NCBI GenBank assembly: GCA_963933175.1
Contig: CAWVTW010000003.1
Span: forward strand, 1-38,457
Direction: 5' to 3'
Origin: an uncultured bacterium
GTDB lineage: Bacteria; Fidelibacterota; Marinisomatia; Marinisomatales; UBA1611
DNA length: 38,457 bases
Every line of letters starts with the position of its first letter. Position 1 is the first letter of the stretch. Below the pieces are notes generated by a model, which worked only from the letters and a program-made list of their open reading frames with translations, did not search any database and was not told where the DNA came from. Shown piece by piece: positions 1-9,402 of this stretch. Made by a program: the position numbers and the translations under genes.

Positions 1-702
1 GGTCCCCATCCGGCAGGAAATGTGGGTATCCAGATCCATCATTCAAAACCTATCAAGCCTGGTGAAATAATTTGGAGTGTAAATGCTCAGCATGTTATTA
101 CACTTGGAAAACTATTCTTAAATGGATCGTATAGCCCAGATATTCTTGTAAGCATTGCCGGCCCTGGGGCAATAAATCCCCAGACTGTTTCTGCAAAAAT
201 TGGTGCAAGTATTGGTTCCCTGATCGTAAACCAAGATATAAGTGAACCGACAAGATTGATTTCTGGAAATGTTCTAACTGGACAAACCGTTGAAGTAGAT
301 AATTTCTTGGGATTTTATGATTCATCTGTAAGTATTGTCCTTGATTCTGTTGAACGACCCTTTATGGGCATGTTGGCGGTTGGGAATAGCAAATCAAAAT
401 ACAGCCTCACCAATACTTTTCTAACTTTTGGCGAAAAGCTTTTTAATTTTAATACAGCCCAAAATGGTGAACTTCGAGCCATGGTGCCCATCAATGCCTG
501 GGAAAATGTCCTGCCCATGGATGTGTATCCCAATGCCCTGTATCGTGCTATCCTGGCCCAGGATATCGAAGAGATGGAACAATTAGGCATGTTGGAATGT
601 GATGATGAAGATTTTGCCCTTTGTTCTTTTGCCTGTCCCAGCAAGATCGATGTGGGCTCAGTGATCCGCGATGGATTGAATCTGCTGGAAGCGGAAGGAT
701 AG
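1..702 (+). CDS. nqrA: Na+-translocating NADH:quinone reductase subunit A (5'-partial, C-terminal part)
   Basis: Frame is open from base 1 (GPHPAGNVGIQIHH, the conserved NqrA motif), so the GTG at 22 is internal. Also has RLISGNVLTG, NGELRAMVPI and a C-terminal EEDFALCSFACPSK-like motif (here DDEDFALCSFACPSK). First gene of the nqr series. Confidence 0.96.
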   Translation, partial: GPHPAGNVGIQIHHSKPIKPGEIIWSVNAQHVITLGKLFLNGSYSPDILVSIAGPGAINPQTVSAKIGASIGSLIVNQDISEPTRLISGNVLTGQTVEVDNFLGFYDSSVSIVLDSVERPFMGMLAVGNSKSKYSLTNTFLTFGEKLFNFNTAQNGELRAMVPINAWENVLPMDVYPNALYRAILAQDIEEMEQLGMLECDDEDFALCSFACPSKIDVGSVIRDGLNLLEAEG

Positions 703-705
703 ACA

Positions 706-1887
706 ATGAAGTGGCTCCGAGATATATTAGATAAAGTTGCTCCCACATTTAAAGCGGATGGTAAACTTGAAAAATTATACCCGATCTTTGAAGCCACGGA
801 TACCATTCTTTTTAGCACAGATGAGCGGACTCATTCCGGTCCACACATTCGGGACAGTGTTGATGTAAAGCGTGTCATGATCTTGGTAGTAATTGCCTTG
901 ATTCCCTGTTATATTTTTGGCGCCATGAATGTGGGGTATCAAATGGCCGTGGCACTGGGACAATCTTCTACATGGCAGGAAAACCTAATGAATGGCGCCT
1001 TGAAAATACTGCCAATCATTGCTGTGGCTTTTGCATCTGGTGCATTCTGGGAACTCCTGTTCGCCGTAGTTCGGCGTCATCCTGTTTCCGAAGGATTTTT
1101 AGTTACCTGTGCCTTGATCCCACTGGTTATGCCACCCACCATTCCACTCTGGCAGGTTGCCGTAGCCACCACTTTTGGTATTGTCATTGGGAAAGAGATC
1201 TTTGGTGGAGTGGGCATGAATATATTTAATCCTGCACTGGTAGCTCGTGCGTTTTTATTTTTTACATATCCGGGACGAATTTCCGGCGATAAAGTTTGGG
1301 TATCGGGACCGGATGGATATTCCGGCGCCACAGCGTTAGCCGTACCAGCAGCAGAATTGAGCCAAGATGCGGTTACCCTTCTTGAGTCTGTGACCCAATT
1401 TGATTTCTCTTGGATCAATTTGTTCATGGGTTGGATCCCGGGCTCCATTGGAGAAACCAGTACCTTATGGATTATGATTGGTGCAGTATTTCTTGCCCTT
1501 ACAGGTATTGCTTCCTGGCGAGTAATGGTAGGTGCAATATTGGGACTTACAGGCATGGCCGCCCTCACAAATTTCATGGCTGAAATAACGGGCTCTACCA
1601 ATACCATGCTCACACTTCCAGCCCATTATCATTTGGTCATGGGCGGGTTTGCCTTTAGCGTAGCATTTATGGCCACAGAACCTGTCACCGGTGCTCATAC
1701 GGATAAAGGACGTTGGATTTACGGGATTTTTATTGGCGGGTTAACAGTAATTATTAGATCTATCAATCCTGCTTATCCTGAAGGCGCCATGCTGGCAATA
1801 TTGCTCATGAATGCATTTGCATCACTTATTGATTATTTTGTGATTCAGGGCAACATAAAACGACGGATGGTTCGCTATGCGCAGTAA
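706..1887 (+). CDS. nqrB: Na+-NQR subunit B
   Basis: PHIRDSVDVKRVM, KEIFGGVGMNIFNPAL, FMN-attachment SGAT (DGYSGATAL), GSIGETS, NPAYPEG; polytopic membrane protein. Confidence 0.97.
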   Translation: MKWLRDILDKVAPTFKADGKLEKLYPIFEATDTILFSTDERTHSGPHIRDSVDVKRVMILVVIALIPCYIFGAMNVGYQMAVALGQSSTWQENLMNGALKILPIIAVAFASGAFWELLFAVVRRHPVSEGFLVTCALIPLVMPPTIPLWQVAVATTFGIVIGKEIFGGVGMNIFNPALVARAFLFFTYPGRISGDKVWVSGPDGYSGATALAVPAAELSQDAVTLLESVTQFDFSWINLFMGWIPGSIGETSTLWIMIGAVFLALTGIASWRVMVGAILGLTGMAALTNFMAEITGSTNTMLTLPAHYHLVMGGFAFSVAFMATEPVTGAHTDKGRWIYGIFIGGLTVIIRSINPAYPEGAMLAILLMNAFASLIDYFVIQGNIKRRMVRYAQ

Positions 1888-2587
1888 CCTCTACACACTG
1901 GGATTCACATCCATCGTGACTATGATATTAGGTTTTATTATTGCTTTAGCGGCAGACGGCTTAAGAGATCTACAGGTTACCAATGTGGAAAATGATATGA
2001 AGAAAAATATTCTGGTATCCCTTGGGTTCAAACCTGGAGGAGAAACGCCTTGGACTTCAGATGAAATTCAAAAATTATTCCAGGAGAATATTGAGGCGGT
2101 TGTTTTAGATGCTTCTGGTGAGAGGACAGAAAAAGATCCTAAGGAGATAGATACTGAAAAGGACATTGAATTCCTGCCTATTTATTTGAAAAAAATCGGC
2201 GACAAAGTGGGCGGGTATGCAATACCTATTGCCGGTAAAGGATTATGGTCGACACTTTTTGGATATTTTGCTATTGAACCGGATGGACGAACTGTAAAGG
2301 GGATCACATTTTATAAGCATGGTGAAACACCGGGATTGGGTGCTGAAGTGGACAAGGCCTGGTTTCAGCAAAATTTTATTGGCAAAAGATTCGTGGATGA
2401 AAAAGATCAATTGATTGGTATTCACGTTATTAAAGGGAAAGTTGAATCCGATGATCAGGAAGCTTATCATAAAGTAGATGGTATTTCCGGCGCGACCATC
2501 ACTGGAAAAGGATTGCAGTTTTTCCTGAAAGATGATCTTAGAAAATATGAACCTTTTTTTAAACAAGTGAGAGGCAGACAAAGTTAA
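1877..2587 (+). CDS. nqrC: Na+-NQR subunit C
   Basis: Single N-terminal TM helix, [20 protein letters not shown]-attachment [10 protein letters not shown]. Confidence 0.97.
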   Translation: MRSNLYTLGFTSIVTMILGFIIALAADGLRDLQVTNVENDMKKNILVSLGFKPGGETPWTSDEIQKLFQENIEAVVLDASGERTEKDPKEIDTEKDIEFLPIYLKKIGDKVGGYAIPIAGKGLWSTLFGYFAIEPDGRTVKGITFYKHGETPGLGAEVDKAWFQQNFIGKRFVDEKDQLIGIHVIKGKVESDDQEAYHKVDGISGATITGKGLQFFLKDDLRKYEPFFKQVRGRQS

Positions 2588-3213
2588 TGGCATTCCTTGA
2601 GAAAAAATACAAACAGGCTTTCACGGATCCATTGAGTGCAAATAACCCCATTACACTCCAGGTATTAGGAATCTGTTCAGCATTAGCTGTAACTGTGAAA
2701 ATGGATACGGCAGTTGTTATGACATTGGCTGTAGTTGCCGTTTTATCTATTTCCAATACGTTGATTTCTTTACTTCGTAATCTGATCCCAGGAAAAGTTC
2801 GGATCATAGTTCAACTTTCTATCATCGCATCTCTCGTAATTATTACCGATCAAATCCTAAAAGCATACTTGTATGACATCAGCAAACAACTTACCGTCTT
2901 TGTGGGATTGATTATTACCAATTGTATTGTCATGGGGCGGGCCGAAGCATTCGCTATGCAGAATTCTCCTGGTAAATCTTTTTTGGATGGGTTAGGAAAT
3001 GGACTCGGTTACGGTGGTATTTTGATTGTTGTCTCTTTTTTCAGGGAAATACTGGGTAGTGGAACGATTTACGGATATCAAATCATCCCAGACTCTGCTT
3101 ATGCTGCCGGATATGAAAATATGGGACTCATGTCGTTGTCACCTGGGGCATTCATTATTTTAGGTTTAATTGTCTGGGTCCACCGGATATCAGCGGACAT
3201 CGAAGAGGAATAG
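2587..3213 (+). CDS. nqrD: Na+-NQR subunit D
   Basis: [18 protein letters not shown] and [19 protein letters not shown] (both Fe-ligand Cys); TAATG coupling to nqrC. Confidence 0.97.
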   Translation: MAFLEKKYKQAFTDPLSANNPITLQVLGICSALAVTVKMDTAVVMTLAVVAVLSISNTLISLLRNLIPGKVRIIVQLSIIASLVIITDQILKAYLYDISKQLTVFVGLIITNCIVMGRAEAFAMQNSPGKSFLDGLGNGLGYGGILIVVSFFREILGSGTIYGYQIIPDSAYAAGYENMGLMSLSPGAFIILGLIVWVHRISADIEEE

Positions 3214-3215
3214 GC

Positions 3216-3824
3216 GTGGAACATTATATCAGTCTGGCCACCAAAGCCATGTTCGTTGAGAACATCCTATTAGCCTATTTTCTTGGCATGTGTTCATTCC
3301 TTTCGATTTCTAAGAAGATTGATACATCTATTGGTCTCGGGTTTGCAGTGGTATTTGTTTTGATGATAACAGCACCGGCCAACTGGGCAATCTCCAATTA
3401 TTTTCTGCAGGATGGTGCTCTGGCTTGGGCTGGTTTCCCGGATGTAGATTTGAGTTTCCTGAATTTTATTGTATTTATTGCCGTCATCGCTGCCATCGTT
3501 CAATTAGTGGAAATGATCCTGGATAAATTCTCCCCGACTTTATATTATAATCTTGGCATATTTCTGCCCTTGATTGCAGTGAATTGTTCAATCCTTGGCG
3601 GATCGCTTTTTCTGGTTGAAAGAGAATATACTTTATTGGAATCCACCGTATTTGGTTTTGGGTCTGGTATGGGCTTTTTTTTAGCCATCGTTTCTATGGC
3701 TTCTATTCGTCATCGCCTGCGCTATTCAAATGTACCTGCTAAACTTCGTGGATTGGGAATCACCATGCTTCTAACGGGACTTTTATCCATGGCATTTATG
3801 GCTTTTTCTGGAATTGATCTCTAA
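3216..3824 (+). CDS. nqrE: Na+-NQR subunit E
   Basis: ENILLAYFLGMCSFL, LGIFLPLIAVNCSILG, YSNVPAKLRGLGIT; GTG start. Confidence 0.97.
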   Translation: MEHYISLATKAMFVENILLAYFLGMCSFLSISKKIDTSIGLGFAVVFVLMITAPANWAISNYFLQDGALAWAGFPDVDLSFLNFIVFIAVIAAIVQLVEMILDKFSPTLYYNLGIFLPLIAVNCSILGGSLFLVEREYTLLESTVFGFGSGMGFFLAIVSMASIRHRLRYSNVPAKLRGLGITMLLTGLLSMAFMAFSGIDL

Positions 3825-5053
3825 TGGAATTGACTCTTTTAGCCATTACAGTTTTCACTGGGGTGATCCTGGTTTTGGTTCTCATCATTAATTTTGCAGA
3901 AAGTAAGCTCCTGCCACAGGGTGAAATGACAATTACTGTGAATGGTGAAGAAGATAAAAAGTTTAAGGTTCGTCCTGGCGGAACACTATTATCTGCATTA
4001 GCAAATGAAACCATTTATCTTCCATCAGCATGCGGTGGTGGCGGAACTTGCGCCATGTGCAAATGTCAGGTTTTAGATGGTGGTGGTGGGATACTCCCAA
4101 CTGAAACCGGCCATATTAGTCGCAACGAAGCAAAGGAAAATTGGCGTCTTGCTTGCCAGGTCAAAGTGAAGGAAGATATGAATATTCATGTCCCTGATGA
4201 AATTTTCAGTATTCGAAAATGGGAATGCACTGTCAAGTCTAATGAGAACGTTGCCACTTTTATCAAAGAATTGGTATTGGATTTACCTGAAGGGGAGAGC
4301 CTTAATTTCCAAGCTGGTGGATATATCCAGATTGATATTCCAGAATACAGAAATTTGTTATTTAAGGATTTTGATGTAGAAGATGAATATCATCCGGATT
4401 GGGATAAATATAAAATTTGGAATTTGGTTGCTAATAATGATGAGCCGTTATTCCGTGCTTTTTCTATGGCGAATCATCCAGCCGAAGGGAACCGCATCAT
4501 GTTAAATGTTCGGATCGCTACGCCGCCGCCGCCGCTATGGAATGATGTACCTCCCGGTTTGGCAACTTCTTATCTCTTTAATTTGAAAACAGGAGATAAA
4601 GTAACTATTTCCGGGCCTTATGGTGAATTTTTTATCAAAGAGACTGATCGGGAAATGGTTTACATTGGTGGTGGTGCCGGCATGGCGCCCATGCGGTCCC
4701 ATTTATTTCATTTATTCCAAACTCTGAAAACAGGACGAAAAGTTTCATTTTGGTATGGTGCACGTTCTCTTCGAGAAATGTTTTATGACGAGCATTTTAA
4801 AGATCTTGCAGATCAGTTTCCAAATTTCAATTATCAGGTTGCTCTTTCGGATGCTATGGAAGAAGATAATTGGAAGGGTTCCACAGGATTCATCCACCAA
4901 GTACTCCATGATGAGTATTTGTCAAAACATGACGACCCTACAGAAGTTGAGTATTATATGTGTGGACCCCCACCTATGATCAGTGCTGTTGAAGGGATGT
5001 TGGATAGTATAGGTGTTGAACCGGAAATGATCGCCTACGATAGTTTTGGATAA
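3824..5053 (+). CDS. nqrF: Na+-NQR subunit F (2Fe-2S/FAD NADH dehydrogenase)
   Basis: N-terminal TM, SACGGGGTCAMCKC...RLACQ 2Fe-2S ligands, GGGAGMAPMRSH, YYMCGPP, C-terminal YDSFG. Confidence 0.97.
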   Translation: MELTLLAITVFTGVILVLVLIINFAESKLLPQGEMTITVNGEEDKKFKVRPGGTLLSALANETIYLPSACGGGGTCAMCKCQVLDGGGGILPTETGHISRNEAKENWRLACQVKVKEDMNIHVPDEIFSIRKWECTVKSNENVATFIKELVLDLPEGESLNFQAGGYIQIDIPEYRNLLFKDFDVEDEYHPDWDKYKIWNLVANNDEPLFRAFSMANHPAEGNRIMLNVRIATPPPPLWNDVPPGLATSYLFNLKTGDKVTISGPYGEFFIKETDREMVYIGGGAGMAPMRSHLFHLFQTLKTGRKVSFWYGARSLREMFYDEHFKDLADQFPNFNYQVALSDAMEEDNWKGSTGFIHQVLHDEYLSKHDDPTEVEYYMCGPPPMISAVEGMLDSIGVEPEMIAYDSFG

Positions 5054-5066
5054 TTATTATTATAAG

Positions 5067-6104
5067 ATGAATTTTAAAAAAGCCCAACTATTGTTGGGCT
5101 TTTTCGTCTGTTTGATTGGTTGCAGTCGAGAAAGAGACTTGATCCATTTTTCAGGTATAACCATGGGAACCACTTACTCGATCAAGGCAATTCCATTAGA
5201 GAAAAGCATGGACACCCAAATTTTAGAAAAAGGGATTGATTCCATTTTATTCTCCCTGGATAAGCAAATGTCAACCTGGGACCCGAATAGTGAAATATCC
5301 CAATTCAATTTTACTCATTCGACTGAACCATACGCGATCTCTGAATCATTTATGACGGTGGTTAAAGCAGCTTTGGATGTATCGGAAAAGACGGATGGGT
5401 TTTTTGATATCACAGTTTTTGATCTTATGGGAATATGGGGTTTTGGCCCTGATCCTAATTCTGGGATACCGGACCAAAAACAAATTGAAACTGTCTTATT
5501 CTATACCGGGCACGAAAAAATTAATGTTGTGGAGAAAACTATTATTAAAAAGCATCCTAAAACAAAACTGGATTTAAATGCTATCACTAAAGGTTTTGCC
5601 GTGGATGAAGTTTTTCATTTTCTCCAATCCAAGGGATTCACAAATCTTTTTGTAGAAATTGGTGGGGAAGTACAATGCTCTGGACGAAATCAGTTAAATA
5701 AATACTGGTCAATTGGCATTGAAAACCCTTCCGGTGGGAATAAGTCAAATCAAATATTTGCTGCAATTGTTTACTCGGATGGCGGAGCGGTTGCGACTTC
5801 GGGGAATTACCGAAATTTTGTTAGCATAGATGGTGAAACTCTTGGACACACAATCAATCCAAAAACCGGTTTTCCCATTCAGACAAATGTTCTATCTGTA
5901 ACTGTCCTGTCAAATTCTTGCATGGTGGCAGATGCGTGGGCAACGGCATTAATGGTAATGGATTATGAAACGGGATTAAAGAAAGTGACAGAAAATCCGG
6001 ATATAAAAGCCGTTTGGATTCTTGATGAAAAAGACGGATCAAGACGTGTTGCGAGATCCGTTGGCGCGAAGATAGAAGACTCTATTTACGAAATTATACG
6101 CTAA
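5067..6104 (+). CDS. apbE: FAD:protein FMN transferase ApbE (lipoprotein)
   Basis: G.TMGTTYSIK, DLNAITKG, VEIGGE, ATSGNYRN, HTINPKTG, ADAWATA. The ATG at 5067 gives a signal peptide with lipobox LIGC; the ORF track starts 7 codons earlier at 5046. Confidence 0.93.
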   Translation: MNFKKAQLLLGFFVCLIGCSRERDLIHFSGITMGTTYSIKAIPLEKSMDTQILEKGIDSILFSLDKQMSTWDPNSEISQFNFTHSTEPYAISESFMTVVKAALDVSEKTDGFFDITVFDLMGIWGFGPDPNSGIPDQKQIETVLFYTGHEKINVVEKTIIKKHPKTKLDLNAITKGFAVDEVFHFLQSKGFTNLFVEIGGEVQCSGRNQLNKYWSIGIENPSGGNKSNQIFAAIVYSDGGAVATSGNYRNFVSIDGETLGHTINPKTGFPIQTNVLSVTVLSNSCMVADAWATALMVMDYETGLKKVTENPDIKAVWILDEKDGSRRVARSVGAKIEDSIYEIIR

Positions 6105-6279
6105 CTGAATCAGCTTCAGTATTTTCGCATTTTTGAGGATTACCACCACAAATGGAACAAACGCCATTGGGATTCAATCCACCGCAGGAACCTGATATCG
6201 GTTTATTATTAAAAATGACCCCAATAGCCATACCTGCGATTGCAATAGCAAAAACTGTAATTCCCAGAAAAATTTCCAT
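6094..6279 (-). CDS. nqrM: Na+-NQR maturation protein NqrM
   Basis: MEIFLGITVFAIAIAGMAIGVIF (TM) followed by KPISGSCGGL...CSICGGNPQKC with four Cys, adjacent to nqrF-apbE. ATG at 6279 preferred over the TTG at 6309. Confidence 0.9.
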   Translation of the reverse strand: MEIFLGITVFAIAIAGMAIGVIFNNKPISGSCGGLNPNGVCSICGGNPQKCENTEADSVSV

Positions 6280-6291
6280 GCCCGAAATTAC

Positions 6292-6326
6292 TGGAGAAAA
6301 GTTCTCCAATACCGATATAATTATAT
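6292..6326. promoter_or_regulatory. Divergent promoter region between nqrM and the antiporter: inverted repeat TGGAGAA-aag-TTCTCCA and palindrome ATATAATTATAT (TATAAT on both strands)
   Basis: Both elements read directly (6292-6308 and 6315-6326) in the only divergent intergenic gap in the window. Function is inferred. Confidence 0.45.
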
Positions 6327-6398
6327 TTGATCAGGGTTCCATTTTATAAGTGAAACATTGTAATTTTGAGACTTCGGTAAAACTGATATTAAACCATC

Positions 6399-7832
6399 AT
6401 GAAACATAAGATACTATCTATAATTTTGATAGCCGTCCCTGCGTTGATCTTGGCCGGTGGTGATGCACATGGTGAAGTCCCCCATTTAGATGGGAGTATA
6501 GGGAACTTAAATATTATTTGGGTGGTCCCTTTTATTGGTATCTTGTTATCTATAGCGGTATTCCCATTAGTCGCTCCCCTATTTTGGCATCATCATTTCG
6601 GAAAAGTATCTCTTTTCTGGGCTGTTTCATTGATTGGCCCATTCTTATTTAAGGAAGGTTGGGAGATCACCTTATATGAACTACTTCATGTGGCGTTTTT
6701 GGAATATATCCCGTTTATCATTTTACTTTTAGCTTTATTTACAATTTCCGGTGGTGTACGATTAACAGGAACTCTTGTTGGGACTCCCAGCGTAAATACC
6801 TTGATCATTTTGATCGGGACAATACTGGCAAGTTGGATGGGAACGACGGGAGCAGCTATGCTTCTGATTCGTCCGTTGATTCGTGCAAATGCTCACCGAA
6901 AGCATAAAGTTCATCTGATTGTATTCTTCATTTTCCTCGTAGCAAATATTGGTGGCTCCCTGACACCACTTGGAGATCCACCTCTATTCTTGGGGTTTTT
7001 AAAAGGTGTGGATTTCTTTTGGACTACCACAGCTATGCTGAAGCCCATGGTGTTTATGGTTATTTGCTTATTGGTACTTTTTTATATGTTTGATAAGTAT
7101 TATTTCGGACATGAGCTTATCCCGGAATCCAATCAAAATGACGAATCTCATAAACTCGGTTTAGAAGGTTCCTTTAACTTGCTATTACTTTTAGGTGTAA
7201 TCGGAGGTGTTTTATTAAGTGGATTTTGGGATGGGGGAGGTATCTATTTTGATGTTTTTCATATCCGCTTGGAAATACAAAACTTGGTTCGGGATGGGTT
7301 GCTCCTTGGATTGACCTATGCCAGTTGGATATTGACATCGCGTAAGATACGCACCGCTAATGATTACACATGGTTTCCTATCATCGAGGTGGCCAAATTA
7401 TTCGCGGGTATCTTTGTAACAATTATTCCAGCCATCGCTATCCTGAAAGCAGGAACTCATGGTGCATTAGCATCTATTGTTTCTTCTGTTTCAAATGGAG
7501 ATGGAAGTCCTATCGATTTCATGTATTTCTGGGCAACAGGAATTCTGTCCAGTTTTTTGGATAATGCACCAACTTACTTGGTCTTTTTTAATACGGCGGG
7601 TGGTAATGCTACCACACTCATGGAAGATCTGCCAAACACTCTTTTAGCCATTTCTGCAGGAGCAGTTTTCATGGGGGCCAATACTTATATCGGAAATGCA
7701 CCCAATTTTATGGTGAAATCTATTTCTGAAGCATCGGGGATCGAGATGCCCAGTTTCTTTGGTTTCTTTTTTAAATGGGCATTGCCAATCCTGTTCCCAC
7801 TTTTTATTTTGGTATCATTTCTCTTTTTCTAA
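6399..7832 (+). CDS. Ion-transporter (IT) superfamily permease, putative sodium:proton antiporter
   Basis: Many TM helices; paired motifs NIGGSLTPLGDPP and GANTYIGNAPNFMVK, plus SSFLDNAPTY. Confidence 0.8.
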   Translation: MKHKILSIILIAVPALILAGGDAHGEVPHLDGSIGNLNIIWVVPFIGILLSIAVFPLVAPLFWHHHFGKVSLFWAVSLIGPFLFKEGWEITLYELLHVAFLEYIPFIILLLALFTISGGVRLTGTLVGTPSVNTLIILIGTILASWMGTTGAAMLLIRPLIRANAHRKHKVHLIVFFIFLVANIGGSLTPLGDPPLFLGFLKGVDFFWTTTAMLKPMVFMVICLLVLFYMFDKYYFGHELIPESNQNDESHKLGLEGSFNLLLLLGVIGGVLLSGFWDGGGIYFDVFHIRLEIQNLVRDGLLLGLTYASWILTSRKIRTANDYTWFPIIEVAKLFAGIFVTIIPAIAILKAGTHGALASIVSSVSNGDGSPIDFMYFWATGILSSFLDNAPTYLVFFNTAGGNATTLMEDLPNTLLAISAGAVFMGANTYIGNAPNFMVKSISEASGIEMPSFFGFFFKWALPILFPLFILVSFLFF

Positions 7833-8368
7833 TGCGCGTTTCTAAAGTAATCACAAAATCAGGCGATGGAGGCCAAACCGGTCTGGGAGACGGGAGAAGA
7901 GTTTCCAAAACTGATATTCGTATCCAGGCGATAGGATCAATGGACTATTTAAATTCATTGCTTGGGTGGGCCATGGTTGTGGCGAGAAGTCCGGTTAAGA
8001 ATGATTTGGAACGAATCCAACAGGACCTCTTTGATCTTGGTGGCGAATTGGCCATGCCCGGAATAGAGTTGCAGCTTTTGAGTGCAGAACGCTTGAATTG
8101 GCTTGAGCATGAAACAGAAAAATTGAATGAATCACTTCCTCCTTTAAAGGAATTTATTTTGCCGGGAGGAACGGAACTTTCTGCTCGAATTCATATTGTA
8201 AGGACTGCATGCCGCAATACAGAAAGAGATATTGTCGCTTTAGCTGAAACAAAAGAAGATTCAGATCTTCACAAAATATTTTTAAACCGTTTGTCAGATT
8301 ATCTGTTTGTTTTGGCTCGAAAAGTCCAAATGGATGAAGGAACAAATGAAATTCAATGGGATCATTAA
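7832..8368 (+). CDS. PduO-type ATP:cob(I)alamin adenosyltransferase
   Basis: Starts MRVSKVITKSGDGGQTGL at a TAATG overlap; RVSK, QQDLFDLGGELA, FILPGG, RTACRNTER, FLNRLSDYLFVLAR. Confidence 0.93.
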   Translation: MRVSKVITKSGDGGQTGLGDGRRVSKTDIRIQAIGSMDYLNSLLGWAMVVARSPVKNDLERIQQDLFDLGGELAMPGIELQLLSAERLNWLEHETEKLNESLPPLKEFILPGGTELSARIHIVRTACRNTERDIVALAETKEDSDLHKIFLNRLSDYLFVLARKVQMDEGTNEIQWDH

Positions 8369-9402
8369 AAAATAATATGAATTTTAATAATACATCAATA
8401 GACTGGCATCAGGTGCATGAAGTGATAAGCGCTGCAGATCGAATTATGCTTTCAACACATGAAAATCCAGACGGTGATGGCTTGGGAGCCGAATGCGGAC
8501 TCTATTACCATTTGAAGGAGACTGGGAAAGATGTGAGAGTTATCAATTATTCTCCTATACCCGATTATTATTCGTTTTTGAATTCCGACCAAATATTTGA
8601 ATGCTATGATCAGGATTTTCACGAGGATTGGATTAAAGATGTGGATCTGGTTATCATTTTTGATGTCGGAAATTTTGTTCGAATAAGAACAATTGTAGAT
8701 GCAATTAAATCACATGGATTAAAAACTTTGAATATCGACCACCATCCGCACCCTGATGAGCACCCATTTACCCATAATGTGGTGGACTTATCTGCTGCTG
8801 CCACAGGATGTATGGTATACGATTATTTACAAATTGCCCGGACAGATCCCATTTCTAAAAAAAGTTTTGAAGGGATTTACACTGCAGTTATGACTGACAC
8901 AGGTTGTTTTCGATACAGCAATACGGACAAGAAATGCTACGAGATCGCCATTCAATGTGTAGAATCTGGCGTAGAAACTCACACGATTTATCAAAGTGTT
9001 TACGAGAATAGCACCAAGTCACGGATGCGGCTTATGGGTGAACTTTTAACTAATCTACATTACGAATTAGATGGTAATTTGGCATGGTTTATTATTACTC
9101 AAGAAATGATGGATCTAGCTCACGCTTCGAAAGCAGATGTGGACGGTTTTACTGATCTGGTTCGTACGATTCGCGGTGTAGAGGTGGCTCTTATGATCGT
9201 TGAGCAAAATGTTGAAAGTTGTCGAATCAATTTTCGTTCCAAAGGGAAATTTATCGTGAATGACATTGCAAAATCTTTGGGCGGCGGCGGACATCCCTTG
9301 GCCGCTGGTGCTATGGTCTCCGGATCATTGATGGATGTAAAAGAAAAAACTGTGAATGCTTCTATTGAATCCATTCGACAAAAAATGAACGGATCCTCAT
9401 GA
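8356..9402 (+). CDS. nrnA: DHH/DHHA1 phosphoesterase, NrnA-like (oligoribonuclease/pAp phosphatase)
   Basis: HENPDGDGLG, IFDVG, NIDHH, TDTGCFRYSNT, GGGGHPLAAG. Alternative start at 8377. Confidence 0.9.
   Translation: MGSLKNNMNFNNTSIDWHQVHEVISAADRIMLSTHENPDGDGLGAECGLYYHLKETGKDVRVINYSPIPDYYSFLNSDQIFECYDQDFHEDWIKDVDLVIIFDVGNFVRIRTIVDAIKSHGLKTLNIDHHPHPDEHPFTHNVVDLSAAATGCMVYDYLQIARTDPISKKSFEGIYTAVMTDTGCFRYSNTDKKCYEIAIQCVESGVETHTIYQSVYENSTKSRMRLMGELLTNLHYELDGNLAWFIITQEMMDLAHASKADVDGFTDLVRTIRGVEVALMIVEQNVESCRINFRSKGKFIVNDIAKSLGGGGHPLAAGAMVSGSLMDVKEKTVNASIESIRQKMNGSS

Noticed and set aside
4521-4535. (CCG)n microsatellite in nqrF
   Set aside because: It encodes the conserved IATPP proline stretch and is in frame; no sign of phase variation.
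6152-6349. + strand 65-aa ORF opposite nqrM
   Set aside because: The minus-strand product has the TM plus four-Cys NqrM signature; this ORF is its shadow.
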